A stretch of 64,000 bases of DNA from Salinispira sp. (lineage in GTDB: Bacteria > Spirochaetota > Spirochaetia > DSM-27196 > Salinispiraceae), in the NCBI GenBank assembly GCA_965602015.1, contig OZ271918.1, positions 3,232,001-3,296,000 on the forward strand, given 5' to 3'. Position numbers and translations under genes: made by a program. Shown here piece by piece: positions 29,859-39,209 of this stretch. The notes beneath the pieces are model-generated. The model had not been told where the DNA came from, ran no database searches, and worked only from the letters and a program-made list of their open reading frames with translations. The first letter of the stretch is position 1. Each line of letters opens with the position of its first letter.

Positions 29859-30626
29859 TTACCTGAACAGTCGCACGAACAGCAGCCGAAGCCAAAAAAA
29901 CGCCAAGGGAGCGAATCGGAATACTTTTACCGGGTGGGTATAGAGCTCGGAGATCCATTCTCTCCCGCCTCTCACGGCGGGGCGGACCGGACGACGCCTC
30001 CGGGAAATCACAAAATCAAACCACTCTCCGCTCCATATGCGGATTCCGCGGTTCAGATAGCGCCGGTTCTGAAAGAGCCAGCGGTCACGGCCGGGCAATC
30101 CGCTTCCCGCGAGAAGAATGTCCGGATCTGCCTTTTTAATCGCCAAGGCAACGGATTTCCCCATACGGGCCGGGAAAACCCCGGAGTATCGGCCCAGCAG
30201 GCGTACCCGGGGAAAGGTCTGACGGATGTTCTGCTCCACAGCTGAAATATCGCTGTTGCTGCCCCCAAGGAGAAACAGGCTGCCCCCCATACTTTCCAGC
30301 CAGGTCAATATTCGAATAATGGTGTCGAAGGGATAGTAGGGAACCGGCTCGTTTATTCCCAGGAATCGGCACATCGCCATGATCATCCGGGAAACCGGAA
30401 GCACCAGAGCTGCCTCATTCATGGCGCGCAGCAGTTGCGGGTCGTGATGGGCCCGGAAAATATCCCAGGTTCGGACAAACATTATCTGAGATGCCCCGTC
30501 ATTCTGAATCAGTCTGCTGAGGGCGACGAGAAGATTTCTGGGCTGAACGATATCGACAGGCGCTTTATGTATATAAATCCGGTGTATGAGAACGGAATGA
30601 CGGGATGCTAAAGACTCGGCTGCCAA
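29859..30626 (-). CDS. WecB/TagA/CpsF family glycosyltransferase (divergent)
   Basis: SLFLLGG, PDILLAGSGLPGRDRW, FDFV..RRRRP, EW...L..HP pattern. Confidence 0.8.
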   Translation of the reverse strand: MAAESLASRHSVLIHRIYIHKAPVDIVQPRNLLVALSRLIQNDGASQIMFVRTWDIFRAHHDPQLLRAMNEAALVLPVSRMIMAMCRFLGINEPVPYYPFDTIIRILTWLESMGGSLFLLGGSNSDISAVEQNIRQTFPRVRLLGRYSGVFPARMGKSVALAIKKADPDILLAGSGLPGRDRWLFQNRRYLNRGIRIWSGEWFDFVISRRRRPVRPAVRGGREWISELYTHPVKVFRFAPLAFFWLRLLFVRLFR

Positions 30627-31393
30627 TGACGGCCCTCCAGAACGATTGTTCGTACCGCACCGAGGGCGTAGATGCCCGCTGTTTCGGTCCTGAGGATGGT
30701 ATCACCGAAAAAGACTGCGTGAAAAGCTGCTGCCTCCAGTTTTTGGCACTCGTCTTCGCTGAATCCGCCCTCGGGACCAACGAAGCAGTAAATCCTGCCG
30801 CCGGCAGACGAGGTGTAGGGGCGTAAAAGCTGATGAAGTGAGCTGTCTGATCGCCGTTCCTGATGGAAGTACAAGCCTAACCCGCCGCCGGGAATAGAGC
30901 CTTTGAGCATTGCATCGATTGAAGGAAAAAATCTCAAACCCGGCATATGGGGAGAGCCGGATTGCTGAACCGCTTCCTCAATGATGCTTTTCCAGCGCTG
31001 GGACTTTTTATCAAAATCCCCATCGCTGATCTCGGGGACCGAGTAGCGGGTTTTGACGAGTATTATCTCGGAGGCGCCGGATTCAACAGCCTGACGGATT
31101 ATTTGATCGGTTTTTTTTCCCTTGGGAAGGCCCTGAACGAGGGAAAAGCCCACAGCGGCTGGCCGAATATCCTGAGGAACATCTGTCAGGGGAGAAACCA
31201 CACACAGCGCCTGGGCAACTGAAGCATCGACCCGCTGAATTGTGAGGAGAACATGGCGCTTATCAGCATCCCGCGCTTTGATAGAATCGCCCGGTGCCAT
31301 TCTTTTTGCGAGGATGAGATGTTTGTAATCATCGCCCTGCAAAACATAGTGCGGGGAATTACCCACGCTCTGTTTAATTAAAAAGAGCTTCAC
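30608..31393 (-). CDS. rsmE: 16S rRNA m3U1498 methyltransferase
   Basis: QGLPKGKK, EAVQQS, FVGPEGGFS, ILRTETAG. Confidence 0.95.
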   Translation of the reverse strand: MKLFLIKQSVGNSPHYVLQGDDYKHLILAKRMAPGDSIKARDADKRHVLLTIQRVDASVAQALCVVSPLTDVPQDIRPAAVGFSLVQGLPKGKKTDQIIRQAVESGASEIILVKTRYSVPEISDGDFDKKSQRWKSIIEEAVQQSGSPHMPGLRFFPSIDAMLKGSIPGGGLGLYFHQERRSDSSLHQLLRPYTSSAGGRIYCFVGPEGGFSEDECQKLEAAAFHAVFFGDTILRTETAGIYALGAVRTIVLEGRHWQPSL

Positions 31394-31399
31394 CCCGGA

Positions 31400-32890
31400 C
31401 TATTGAATGTCCGGGAGGGGGAGCAGGGACGGCAGGGAACTCATTTCACCGGGCTCTTGAGCAGGACGGCCGTCAATGATGGCCCGGGTCTGGCGGTTCT
31501 CAAGAATCTCAAGGGCCCGCTGCAGTACCAGATCATATTCCAGGTCATACACCGGATTCTCATTGAGCCGGGCCTGCATTTCCAGATTTATAAGCCGGGT
31601 AAGAAGCCGCTCGTTTATCGCAAAGCCCTCCCGGCGAAGCCCGGCAATAAATGCCCGAATCTGGGCAGCGGAGGCCTGGTCGCCGTTGCCGTCGAGAAAT
31701 GCCTCGATTCTTCCTTCATTCTGAATGGTGATGAGGGCCTGACTCTCCTCTTCGGGAACTTCCGGTTCTTCGATCACCACGTCGGGTTCTATGCCCACCT
31801 TGTCGATAAACACCTCGTCAGGGGTGTAGTATCTCGACATGGTGAGTCGGAAGCCGCCGCTGCCGAGGCTCCGAACCTGCTGCACCGACCCCTTGCCAAA
31901 TGTGGTTTCCCCTACCAGCACGGCCCGGTCCCTATCCCGCAAGGCGCCTGCGAGGATTTCCGCAGCGCTGGCGGTTCCTTCATTTATAATAACGACAATT
32001 TCCGCAGCTTCGTCGACAACCCTTCCCTGACGGGCGAAAAAGGCCTGATTTTCGCTGGCTACCCGCCCGGCGGTGCCGACGACGAGGCCGTCGTCGAAAA
32101 AGAGATCGGCGGTGTCTATAGCGGCGGTGAGCAGCCCGCCGGGATTAGTTCGCAGGTCGAGAATGAGATTGGAATAACCCTGTTCCTGTAAATCAAGGAC
32201 CGCCTGCTCAACATTGGCTGCGGTCCGGGGCGTGAACTGAATAATTCTTATATATCCGATACCTTCGGAAATTCCCGAGTAGCGGACTACGGGAATTTCT
32301 ATGTTCGCCCTGGTCAGGGTTACGGGAAATCTGCGGCTTTCGCCGCGGAGAATGGTAACTTCAACCTGACTTCCCGGCTCGCCTCTCAAGCGGCTGACCA
32401 CCTCGTCGATGCTCATTTCCACCGTGGAGTCGCCTTCTATTTCGACTATCAGGTCGCGGGGTCTCAGCCCCGCCCGGAAGGCCGGCGTACCCTCAATAGG
32501 TGAAACTACCTCTACCCATTCCTGCAGCTCCGGGCGATCTTCATCTGGCTGGACTTTGTTGATGTACAGCCCGACTCCGCCGAAGCTGCCGCTGGTGGTA
32601 TCGGTGAGGCTCCTCATGTCGTCAATATCAAGATAGGCCGAGTATGGGTCATCGAGACTTTCAAACATACCCTTCATGGCGCCCTCGATGAGTACTTCCG
32701 CATCAATCTCTTCGACATAATTATTCCGAATGAAGTCGAAGACCTGACGAAACGTTCGAAGCAGGCGTTCCTCTTCGAAGCTGCTCATGTCCTGAGCCGT
32801 CAACGCCGGACTGACAAAGAGAGATGCTACAATCATCAGCGAAGCCGCCGCCGATACAAACCAATATAGCCGGTTCTTATTTTTGCTCAT
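31400..32890 (-). CDS. Carboxyl-terminal processing protease, S41 family (CtpA-like)
   Basis: DPYSAY, PDZ GVGL, LDLRTNPGGLL, TASAAEI, TFGKGSVQ; signal peptide. Confidence 0.95.
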   Translation of the reverse strand: MSKNKNRLYWFVSAAASLMIVASLFVSPALTAQDMSSFEEERLLRTFRQVFDFIRNNYVEEIDAEVLIEGAMKGMFESLDDPYSAYLDIDDMRSLTDTTSGSFGGVGLYINKVQPDEDRPELQEWVEVVSPIEGTPAFRAGLRPRDLIVEIEGDSTVEMSIDEVVSRLRGEPGSQVEVTILRGESRRFPVTLTRANIEIPVVRYSGISEGIGYIRIIQFTPRTAANVEQAVLDLQEQGYSNLILDLRTNPGGLLTAAIDTADLFFDDGLVVGTAGRVASENQAFFARQGRVVDEAAEIVVIINEGTASAAEILAGALRDRDRAVLVGETTFGKGSVQQVRSLGSGGFRLTMSRYYTPDEVFIDKVGIEPDVVIEEPEVPEEESQALITIQNEGRIEAFLDGNGDQASAAQIRAFIAGLRREGFAINERLLTRLINLEMQARLNENPVYDLEYDLVLQRALEILENRQTRAIIDGRPAQEPGEMSSLPSLLPLPDIQ

Positions 32891-32990
32891 CGATACCACC
32901 TAATGTACTACGTAAGATAACACAAAATATCCTATAGATCACAGGGTAACTTGACGGCCGGGGCATCGGACACCTACACTTCATATTGAA

Positions 32991-33443
32991 ATGACAGGAA
33001 TTAATAAACACATTCTGGTGCTCACTCTTGGGGATGTTTTGCGCTTCGGCCTGATGACCGTGTATCTGCTCCCCATTCTGGCCGGCGACATGACAATAAG
33101 CGGAGATTCCCCGACAAATTACCGCATCCTCCTCTGGCTCGCATCTCCCCAACTGCTTTTGACGGTTTACCTGGGAGCCGTGTCCATTGGCCTAATCTCC
33201 GACCAGGGTCTGAAGCCCCTTTCCTTTATCGCCAAGATACTCAGCGCCGCACCCGCAGCCCTGTCCGTCGCTTCGGCACTGCTCGCGAACCGCCAGCGGG
33301 ACGGCGTACTTGTCGCCGATGGAAGTGAATTAAACAGCTATATCCTGATGACCGCCGTAGTATTAATGGATCTGGTATTCTGTATTATACTGCTGATGTA
33401 CAAAACCGGAGACGACCGTAGGTCGGAGCCCGGGCAAATCTGA
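32991..33443 (+). CDS. Hypothetical membrane protein (about 4 TM)
   Basis: ORF with hydrophobic helices; upstream TTGACG-N18-TACACT. Confidence 0.65.
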   Translation: MTGINKHILVLTLGDVLRFGLMTVYLLPILAGDMTISGDSPTNYRILLWLASPQLLLTVYLGAVSIGLISDQGLKPLSFIAKILSAAPAALSVASALLANRQRDGVLVADGSELNSYILMTAVVLMDLVFCIILLMYKTGDDRRSEPGQI

Positions 33444-33454
33444 GGGAGTCGTCG

Positions 33455-34600
33455 ATGCATATAGTGCCAGTTGCCAGCGGAAAAGGCGGCGTCGGAAAAT
33501 CCCTGTTCACCGCCAACCTGGGCATAGCTCTGTCCCAGGCGGGCAAGCGGGTTATTCTCATAGACTTGGACCTTGGCGGTTCAAATCTCCACCTCATTTT
33601 GGGTGTGCGCCGTTTTCAGTACAGCATTGGCCACTTTCTGAATAATTCACGGATGCAGCTCAGCGATATCCTGGTGGAGACCGAGTACGGCAATCTCAGC
33701 TTTATTCCCGGCGATGCAGAGATACCCGGGCTGGCAAATATCACTGCGGCACAAAAAAACCGGATTATCCGCCAGATCAACAAACTCGATGCGGACTACG
33801 TTCTCCTCGACCTGGGTGCAGGTTCCCACGTGAACACCATCGAATTTTTTCTCGCCTCGAGCCACGGAATCATGATCACCAATCCATCGCCCACCGCCCT
33901 GGTTAACGCATATCTCTTTATAAAGAGTTCAATTTTTCATCTCCTGAACAAGTCCGCAAAGCGGAATTCTCCCGGCGAGCGATACCTGAAGGGCATACAG
34001 AAAGACGCCGACAACATGCAGCGGATCTACATCATCGAAGTCCTTAAAAATCTGATGGAGGTGGATCCGGAGAGCTACGAAGCGTTCAAAGAGACATCCC
34101 AACGGTTCATGCCAAGGCTTGTACTGAACATGCTCGAAGATCCGAAAGATGCGGATAAAATCCAGAAACTCCGGCGATCGGTGCAGCAGTATTTGGGCAT
34201 GGATATGGAACATTTGGGCGTAATGTATCGGGACGATGTTCAGGATGTGGCATTGAGCAGCCGTCTGCCTATTATTGTCTACAAACCGAAGTCCATCCTT
34301 TCACAGGCCATATTCAGGATTGCTGATAAAATCATCCAGCTTGAGAGCGAGGGAGATGACAGCCTTCTCGCCTTCGATGATTTTGAAGACAGCTATGACA
34401 CCGCTGAAGCCGAAGCGAGGGTGGACTTCGAATCGCGGATGGAGTATCTGGAAGAACTGCTGCACAGCGGAGCTCTCACGCCCGGCGATTTGATCGAAAC
34501 AGTAAAAAGCCAGCAAATTGAAATAAACGCATTAAAACGGGAAAATGCATATATCAAAAAGAAGATTATTGAGGCCGCGGAGCAGGGTTATGAGGTGTAA
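33455..34600 (+). CDS. MinD/ParA-family (FlhG-like) P-loop ATPase with C-terminal coiled coil
   Basis: VASGKGGVGKS, IDLDLGGSNLH, LLDLGAG. Confidence 0.88.
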   Translation: MHIVPVASGKGGVGKSLFTANLGIALSQAGKRVILIDLDLGGSNLHLILGVRRFQYSIGHFLNNSRMQLSDILVETEYGNLSFIPGDAEIPGLANITAAQKNRIIRQINKLDADYVLLDLGAGSHVNTIEFFLASSHGIMITNPSPTALVNAYLFIKSSIFHLLNKSAKRNSPGERYLKGIQKDADNMQRIYIIEVLKNLMEVDPESYEAFKETSQRFMPRLVLNMLEDPKDADKIQKLRRSVQQYLGMDMEHLGVMYRDDVQDVALSSRLPIIVYKPKSILSQAIFRIADKIIQLESEGDDSLLAFDDFEDSYDTAEAEARVDFESRMEYLEELLHSGALTPGDLIETVKSQQIEINALKRENAYIKKKIIEAAEQGYEV

Positions 34601-34642
34601 ACCCCTCGACCGGATACAGTGACCGCACGCTAACGAAACAAC

Positions 34643-37606
34643 ATGGCAAAGAAAGACGTCAGGCTACAGGGCGAAGCAGAACTCCGCATCAGCGATGACA
34701 AACTCACGGCGGAAATTCATTTTTCGAAAAAAAAAGACGGTCGTGAATGGTCCGCCGAAGACATCGTCCAACTCCTTAAAGACAATAAAATAAGCTACGG
34801 CTTCAAAGAAGAAGATGTACGCCAGCAACTCAAAATTGCCGGAGAAAAAAAAGATCCGGTGGTAATCTTCAAAGCAGCAAAAGGCGAAGCTCCGGTAAAC
34901 ATGAAAGCCGAAGAAGCCCAGTACGCCGAACTGGAAATTCCCGAAGAGCTGATGATGGTAATAGCCCAGAAACTCGAACTCTGCGAACCGCCGTCAATTC
35001 ACAAAACGATAGTCAATAAGATAAAAAAGCAGAAAACCGTAAAGAAAAAATCCTCCCTGCCTTTTATAAAAGACAAGGAAGAGACGGTGGAATATACCGA
35101 AGACGATGTCCGTCAGGAGAAGGTATACGTGGATCCCACAGTGGAGGCCTACGGATACGTGCACTCCGGCGCGCCAGTGGCGAGCATATTCCCTTCCCAA
35201 CCCGGCGAGCCCGGGAAAAATATCTTCGGAGACCAGGTTCCCCCGAAAACCCTGCCGGATCCCTTTTTTTACCATGGCGAAAATACCAGCAAATCCGGGC
35301 ATGAAATCAAGGCTGAAGCAACCGGGATAGTCCGTCAGGGAATTAATTGGTGCGACATAGTCCCCTTTAGAGGGCATGTGTGGAACATCGAATTGTCAGA
35401 TGACAAGGCAACCTGCCTGCTCAACTTCGATCCCGGAGATGCCCTGGTTGAAGCCCCCGGGTATAAACAGATCGTAGAACAGATTGAGAGCCTGGAGTAT
35501 CCGATGGAAACCATAATGCCCGAAGGGCAGATTATGGCACTGATCTCTCAGGCTATCGAAGATCAGGAGGCCATCGCCGGAAAGGCCATCAGTGACAGCC
35601 AGGATGCCCACTTTGAAATACAGGTTGATGAAAACAAGCTGAAGGCCACTTTGCAGGTACGGAAGGGGCGGGGCGACGGAAAGCCCCTGGTGTTAAAGGA
35701 ACTGGGAAACGCCATCAACAAGAGCGGTCTCGTAATCGCTGACAAGGCCAAATTAAAGGAAGATATTCTCGAATACTACAATTCGCCTGAACTGGAGCTG
35801 CGGAATTATGTTCTGGCAGAAGGAGTGCCTCCGAAGGAAGGCCCCGAGCAGGCTGTTGATTGGTCGGCCCGATTCCTGGATGAAAAAGAGTATCTCGATC
35901 TCAAAAAAGAGATTGAGGAACAGCGCGAGCTGATAGAACGCAATGAGGACGGCTCCCTTTTTCCGTTGGGTGAAATAGACTCCCTGGCATACGTAGAAGC
36001 CGAACAACGCATCGTTACCTTTGGGCCGCCCCAAAAAGGCGATCCGGGCAAGGACGTATACGGCAACCCCGTTGAAGGGCTCATGGGTAAAAGCCTCGAT
36101 TTTATTCTCGCCGACGCAGTGGAAAAAAAAGACAACATAATAATCACCACCAGGGCCGGCCTGCTGGAGAAAGCCGAGGTTGAGGATTCGGTCCATCTCA
36201 GGGTCCGGCCCCGTCGGGACAGCCGAATAAGCGTGGATATCTCGGATGACCGTCTGGAAGCCAGGCTCAGCATCGATCCCGGCGAGGGTAGCGGCGCCGG
36301 GTTAAATGAGAAAAAAATCAGGGACGGAATTGAGGCGGCAGGAGTCACAAAAGGCATTGAAGAGGGCGTGCTCAGCGCCGCCATCGCATCCGTACTTGAA
36401 GGGGAAAAGGTAGAGAACCTGCTGTTCGCCCGGGGACAGGAGCCGGATTTAGGCGGGACAGAACAGCTGGAATTTCTCATTACCATAGCAAGCGATTCCA
36501 AAGTCACCATTCGCAAGGACGGCAGCGCCGACTTTAAGAACAAAGACAATATGACCCGGGTGACAAAGGACCAGGCGATAGCCCGCATTACTCCGCCGCC
36601 CAAGGAACCCGTACCGGGATTCGATGTTTCCGGCAAGGAGCTCCAGCCCCCCGGCGAACAGAAGCTCAATCTTCAGATATCCGGAAATATCCGCCGCGAG
36701 GAGCAGGAAGATAAAACCGTCATCCTTTATTCCGTCATAGACGGGGAACTTCGCTATGAGAAGAATCAGCTCGATGTTTTGGCGGTACACACGGTTCAGG
36801 GCAACGTGGGTCTTGATACGGGAAATATTAAATTCCCCGGAACAGTGCAGGTCGCGGGAAATGTGGAGAGCGGTTTTTTTATCATGTCAAACGCGGACAT
36901 CAAAATTATGGGAGGGGTGGACCGGGCCCTGCTCTCCGCCGGCGGAGACATTCTCATTCAGGGCGGGGTCAAGGGCGGCGGCAAGTCTCTTTTGCGCTCA
37001 AAACAGAACATAATGGCGAGCTTTGTCGAGCAGTGCACAGTTCTCGCGGTGCAGGACATGAAAATCGCCAAGTCCTGCTTTCGATCGAATATTAAATGCA
37101 ACGGTCGGCTGGTTATGGGCGACAAGAGCACCATTGTCGGCGGCACGGTGAAAGTTAAGAACGGTCTGACTGTGAGCAATCTTGGGAGCGAACGGGGCAT
37201 ACCCACGAAGGTGCACTTCGGCCAGGACTATCTGGTGGAAGATCAGGTCAACGTCCAGGAAAAGGAAATTAAGAAAATCCAGCTGCAGATTGCCGAAACC
37301 GACGCCGCCCTTCAAAAAACCGCCAAGGCAGCGGACAAAAAAAACCTGGCGGCCCTGGCCAACAGGAAAACAAAACTTATTAAACTGATGCAAAAGCGAA
37401 ACGTCCACCTGTTTAATCTCAAAGAACGATTCGAGCAGCATTTCGAATCCGAGCTATTGGTAAACGGGAGCCTGTATCCCGGCGTGGTGCTGGAAAGTCA
37501 CGGCCGGGATTTCGAGGTCGTAAAAGAGCAGAAAAACGTCCGTATCAGCTTTGACACAAAGCTGGGCCGAATAAAAATCGAAGAGCACGATAAAAAGGAA
37601 GACTGA
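34643..37606 (+). CDS. FapA (DUF342) family protein, long form
   Basis: Repeated ISDDKL.A/VDENKLKA/ISDDRLEA modules, PG.PGKNIFG, GNVGLDTGNIKFPGTV.V.G.V, C-terminal coiled coil. Confidence 0.88.
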   Translation: MAKKDVRLQGEAELRISDDKLTAEIHFSKKKDGREWSAEDIVQLLKDNKISYGFKEEDVRQQLKIAGEKKDPVVIFKAAKGEAPVNMKAEEAQYAELEIPEELMMVIAQKLELCEPPSIHKTIVNKIKKQKTVKKKSSLPFIKDKEETVEYTEDDVRQEKVYVDPTVEAYGYVHSGAPVASIFPSQPGEPGKNIFGDQVPPKTLPDPFFYHGENTSKSGHEIKAEATGIVRQGINWCDIVPFRGHVWNIELSDDKATCLLNFDPGDALVEAPGYKQIVEQIESLEYPMETIMPEGQIMALISQAIEDQEAIAGKAISDSQDAHFEIQVDENKLKATLQVRKGRGDGKPLVLKELGNAINKSGLVIADKAKLKEDILEYYNSPELELRNYVLAEGVPPKEGPEQAVDWSARFLDEKEYLDLKKEIEEQRELIERNEDGSLFPLGEIDSLAYVEAEQRIVTFGPPQKGDPGKDVYGNPVEGLMGKSLDFILADAVEKKDNIIITTRAGLLEKAEVEDSVHLRVRPRRDSRISVDISDDRLEARLSIDPGEGSGAGLNEKKIRDGIEAAGVTKGIEEGVLSAAIASVLEGEKVENLLFARGQEPDLGGTEQLEFLITIASDSKVTIRKDGSADFKNKDNMTRVTKDQAIARITPPPKEPVPGFDVSGKELQPPGEQKLNLQISGNIRREEQEDKTVILYSVIDGELRYEKNQLDVLAVHTVQGNVGLDTGNIKFPGTVQVAGNVESGFFIMSNADIKIMGGVDRALLSAGGDILIQGGVKGGGKSLLRSKQNIMASFVEQCTVLAVQDMKIAKSCFRSNIKCNGRLVMGDKSTIVGGTVKVKNGLTVSNLGSERGIPTKVHFGQDYLVEDQVNVQEKEIKKIQLQIAETDAALQKTAKAADKKNLAALANRKTKLIKLMQKRNVHLFNLKERFEQHFESELLVNGSLYPGVVLESHGRDFEVVKEQKNVRISFDTKLGRIKIEEHDKKED

Positions 37607-38538
37607 TGCCTCTCTACCTTAACTATCCTTCCTGGTTACAGCCGGAAGTGATTCCCGGGCTTGGTATACGGTGGTACGGGATTATGTACCTGGTTGCCTT
37701 CGCCCTCACCTATCTGCTGTTCCGCTACCAGGTCAAAAAAGAGCAGCTGGATATGAGCAGCGACGACAGTCTCACCATGATGCTCTGGATAATGGTCGGC
37801 GCATTGCTTATGGCCAGAATTTTCGCCACGACGGTCTATGACAGCACCGGTAAATTTCTCAGGCAGCCCTGGCTTATATTCTGGCCTTTCGACGGAGAGG
37901 GAAACTATACGGGTTTTCAGGGCATGAGTTATTTCGGCGGGCTTGTGGGGGCAATACTGGGCGCGGCGCTGTGGGCAAAAAAGTACAAACGCAAGCTCCT
38001 GTTTTGGGGCGATATAATCGTCCACGGGTTTCCCCTGGGGTATTTCTTCGGACGGCTGGGAAACTTCATAAACGGAGAGCTCTACGGCCGCATTACCGCT
38101 TCGCCGTTCGGGGTCATTTTTCCCTATGCCCGCAGGGTTCCCACGAGGGATCCCCGGGTGAGGGAGATAATGGAGGCTACGGGACTGGAAGCCGGTTCGG
38201 ATCAGCTTCTGATCAATCTTCCGCGCCACCCCAGTCAATTGTATGAGGCTCTAACCGAGGGCCTGCTTCTCTGGCTCATACTCTGGTTTTTGGTGCGGAA
38301 CAGGCGGCCCTTCGACGGGTTCAGCGTCGCCATATACATCATCGGGTATAGCGCCTTCCGCTTCGCCGTGGAGTTCGTCCGCGAGCTGGACCCGGGGTTC
38401 AGCTTTTACACCGCTCTCAATCTGAGCCTGGGCCAGCTGTTCTCTCTCGCCGGCGTGGCCGCAGGCGGCCTAATGCTCGCTGCGCTCGCATGGAAGGAGA
38501 GTCGAAAGCCGAAAGTGGAAACCTTCAGCGAGCCCTGA
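37606..38538 (+). CDS. lgt: Prolipoprotein diacylglyceryl transferase
   Basis: IRWYGIMY, GMSYFGG, GRLGNFINGELYGR, RHPSQLYE. Confidence 0.96.
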   Translation: MPLYLNYPSWLQPEVIPGLGIRWYGIMYLVAFALTYLLFRYQVKKEQLDMSSDDSLTMMLWIMVGALLMARIFATTVYDSTGKFLRQPWLIFWPFDGEGNYTGFQGMSYFGGLVGAILGAALWAKKYKRKLLFWGDIIVHGFPLGYFFGRLGNFINGELYGRITASPFGVIFPYARRVPTRDPRVREIMEATGLEAGSDQLLINLPRHPSQLYEALTEGLLLWLILWFLVRNRRPFDGFSVAIYIIGYSAFRFAVEFVRELDPGFSFYTALNLSLGQLFSLAGVAAGGLMLAALAWKESRKPKVETFSEP

Positions 38539-38570
38539 TTGGTCCCATTACGGTCCCCTGAACCCGGGGG

Positions 38571-39209
38571 TTATCTTGAATGCTTCTCTGCAGCCGCAGC
38601 CCGGGGGAGGTGCCAGTCCCGGTATACGGATATAACCCGGAATCCGGCGATAAACAGAGCGATGGAAATGGCCAGTCCGCCCTGCAACAGCTCGTTTTCG
38701 ACGCTGAGGGGTTGGAGGAATACATATCCGGTGGCCCCGATCAGGGCCGCCACCGCATAGACCTCGCGCTGGAGTACCAGGGGAACCTCGCGGGCGAGAA
38801 CATCCCTGATCATACCGCCTCCGGTTCCGCTAATTATGCCTATCATGACTGACGCGAACCAGGGCAAACCGCTTTCCACCGCCAGGTCCGCACCGAGAAC
38901 GGTAAAGACCCCCAGTCCAACGGCGTCGAGAATCCTCAGTGGATAGTGAACCCTGTCTATCACCGAATAGAGCAGATACACCGTGAAGGCCGCTACCATC
39001 GCCACGACAATATAGCTTCCGTCGCTCAACATGACAGGAGGTATTCTTCCGATCATAACATCGCGGATCAGACCGCCTCCCAGTGCGGTGAGAATGGCCA
39101 GAATGATGCTGCCGTACAGATCCATGTGCCGCCGCACAGCCATCACCGACCCCGAGAGGGCGAAAACGAACACTCCCAGGTATTCGAAAAAGACAAACAG
39201 CAGATTCAC
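38571..39209 (-). CDS. Trimeric intracellular cation channel (UPF0126) family protein
   Basis: FALSG, TALGGGLIRD, DAVGLGVF, GTGGGMIRDVL; GTG start overlaps the lnt stop. Confidence 0.9.
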   Translation of the reverse strand: MNLLFVFFEYLGVFVFALSGSVMAVRRHMDLYGSIILAILTALGGGLIRDVMIGRIPPVMLSDGSYIVVAMVAAFTVYLLYSVIDRVHYPLRILDAVGLGVFTVLGADLAVESGLPWFASVMIGIISGTGGGMIRDVLAREVPLVLQREVYAVAALIGATGYVFLQPLSVENELLQGGLAISIALFIAGFRVISVYRDWHLPRAAAAEKHSR

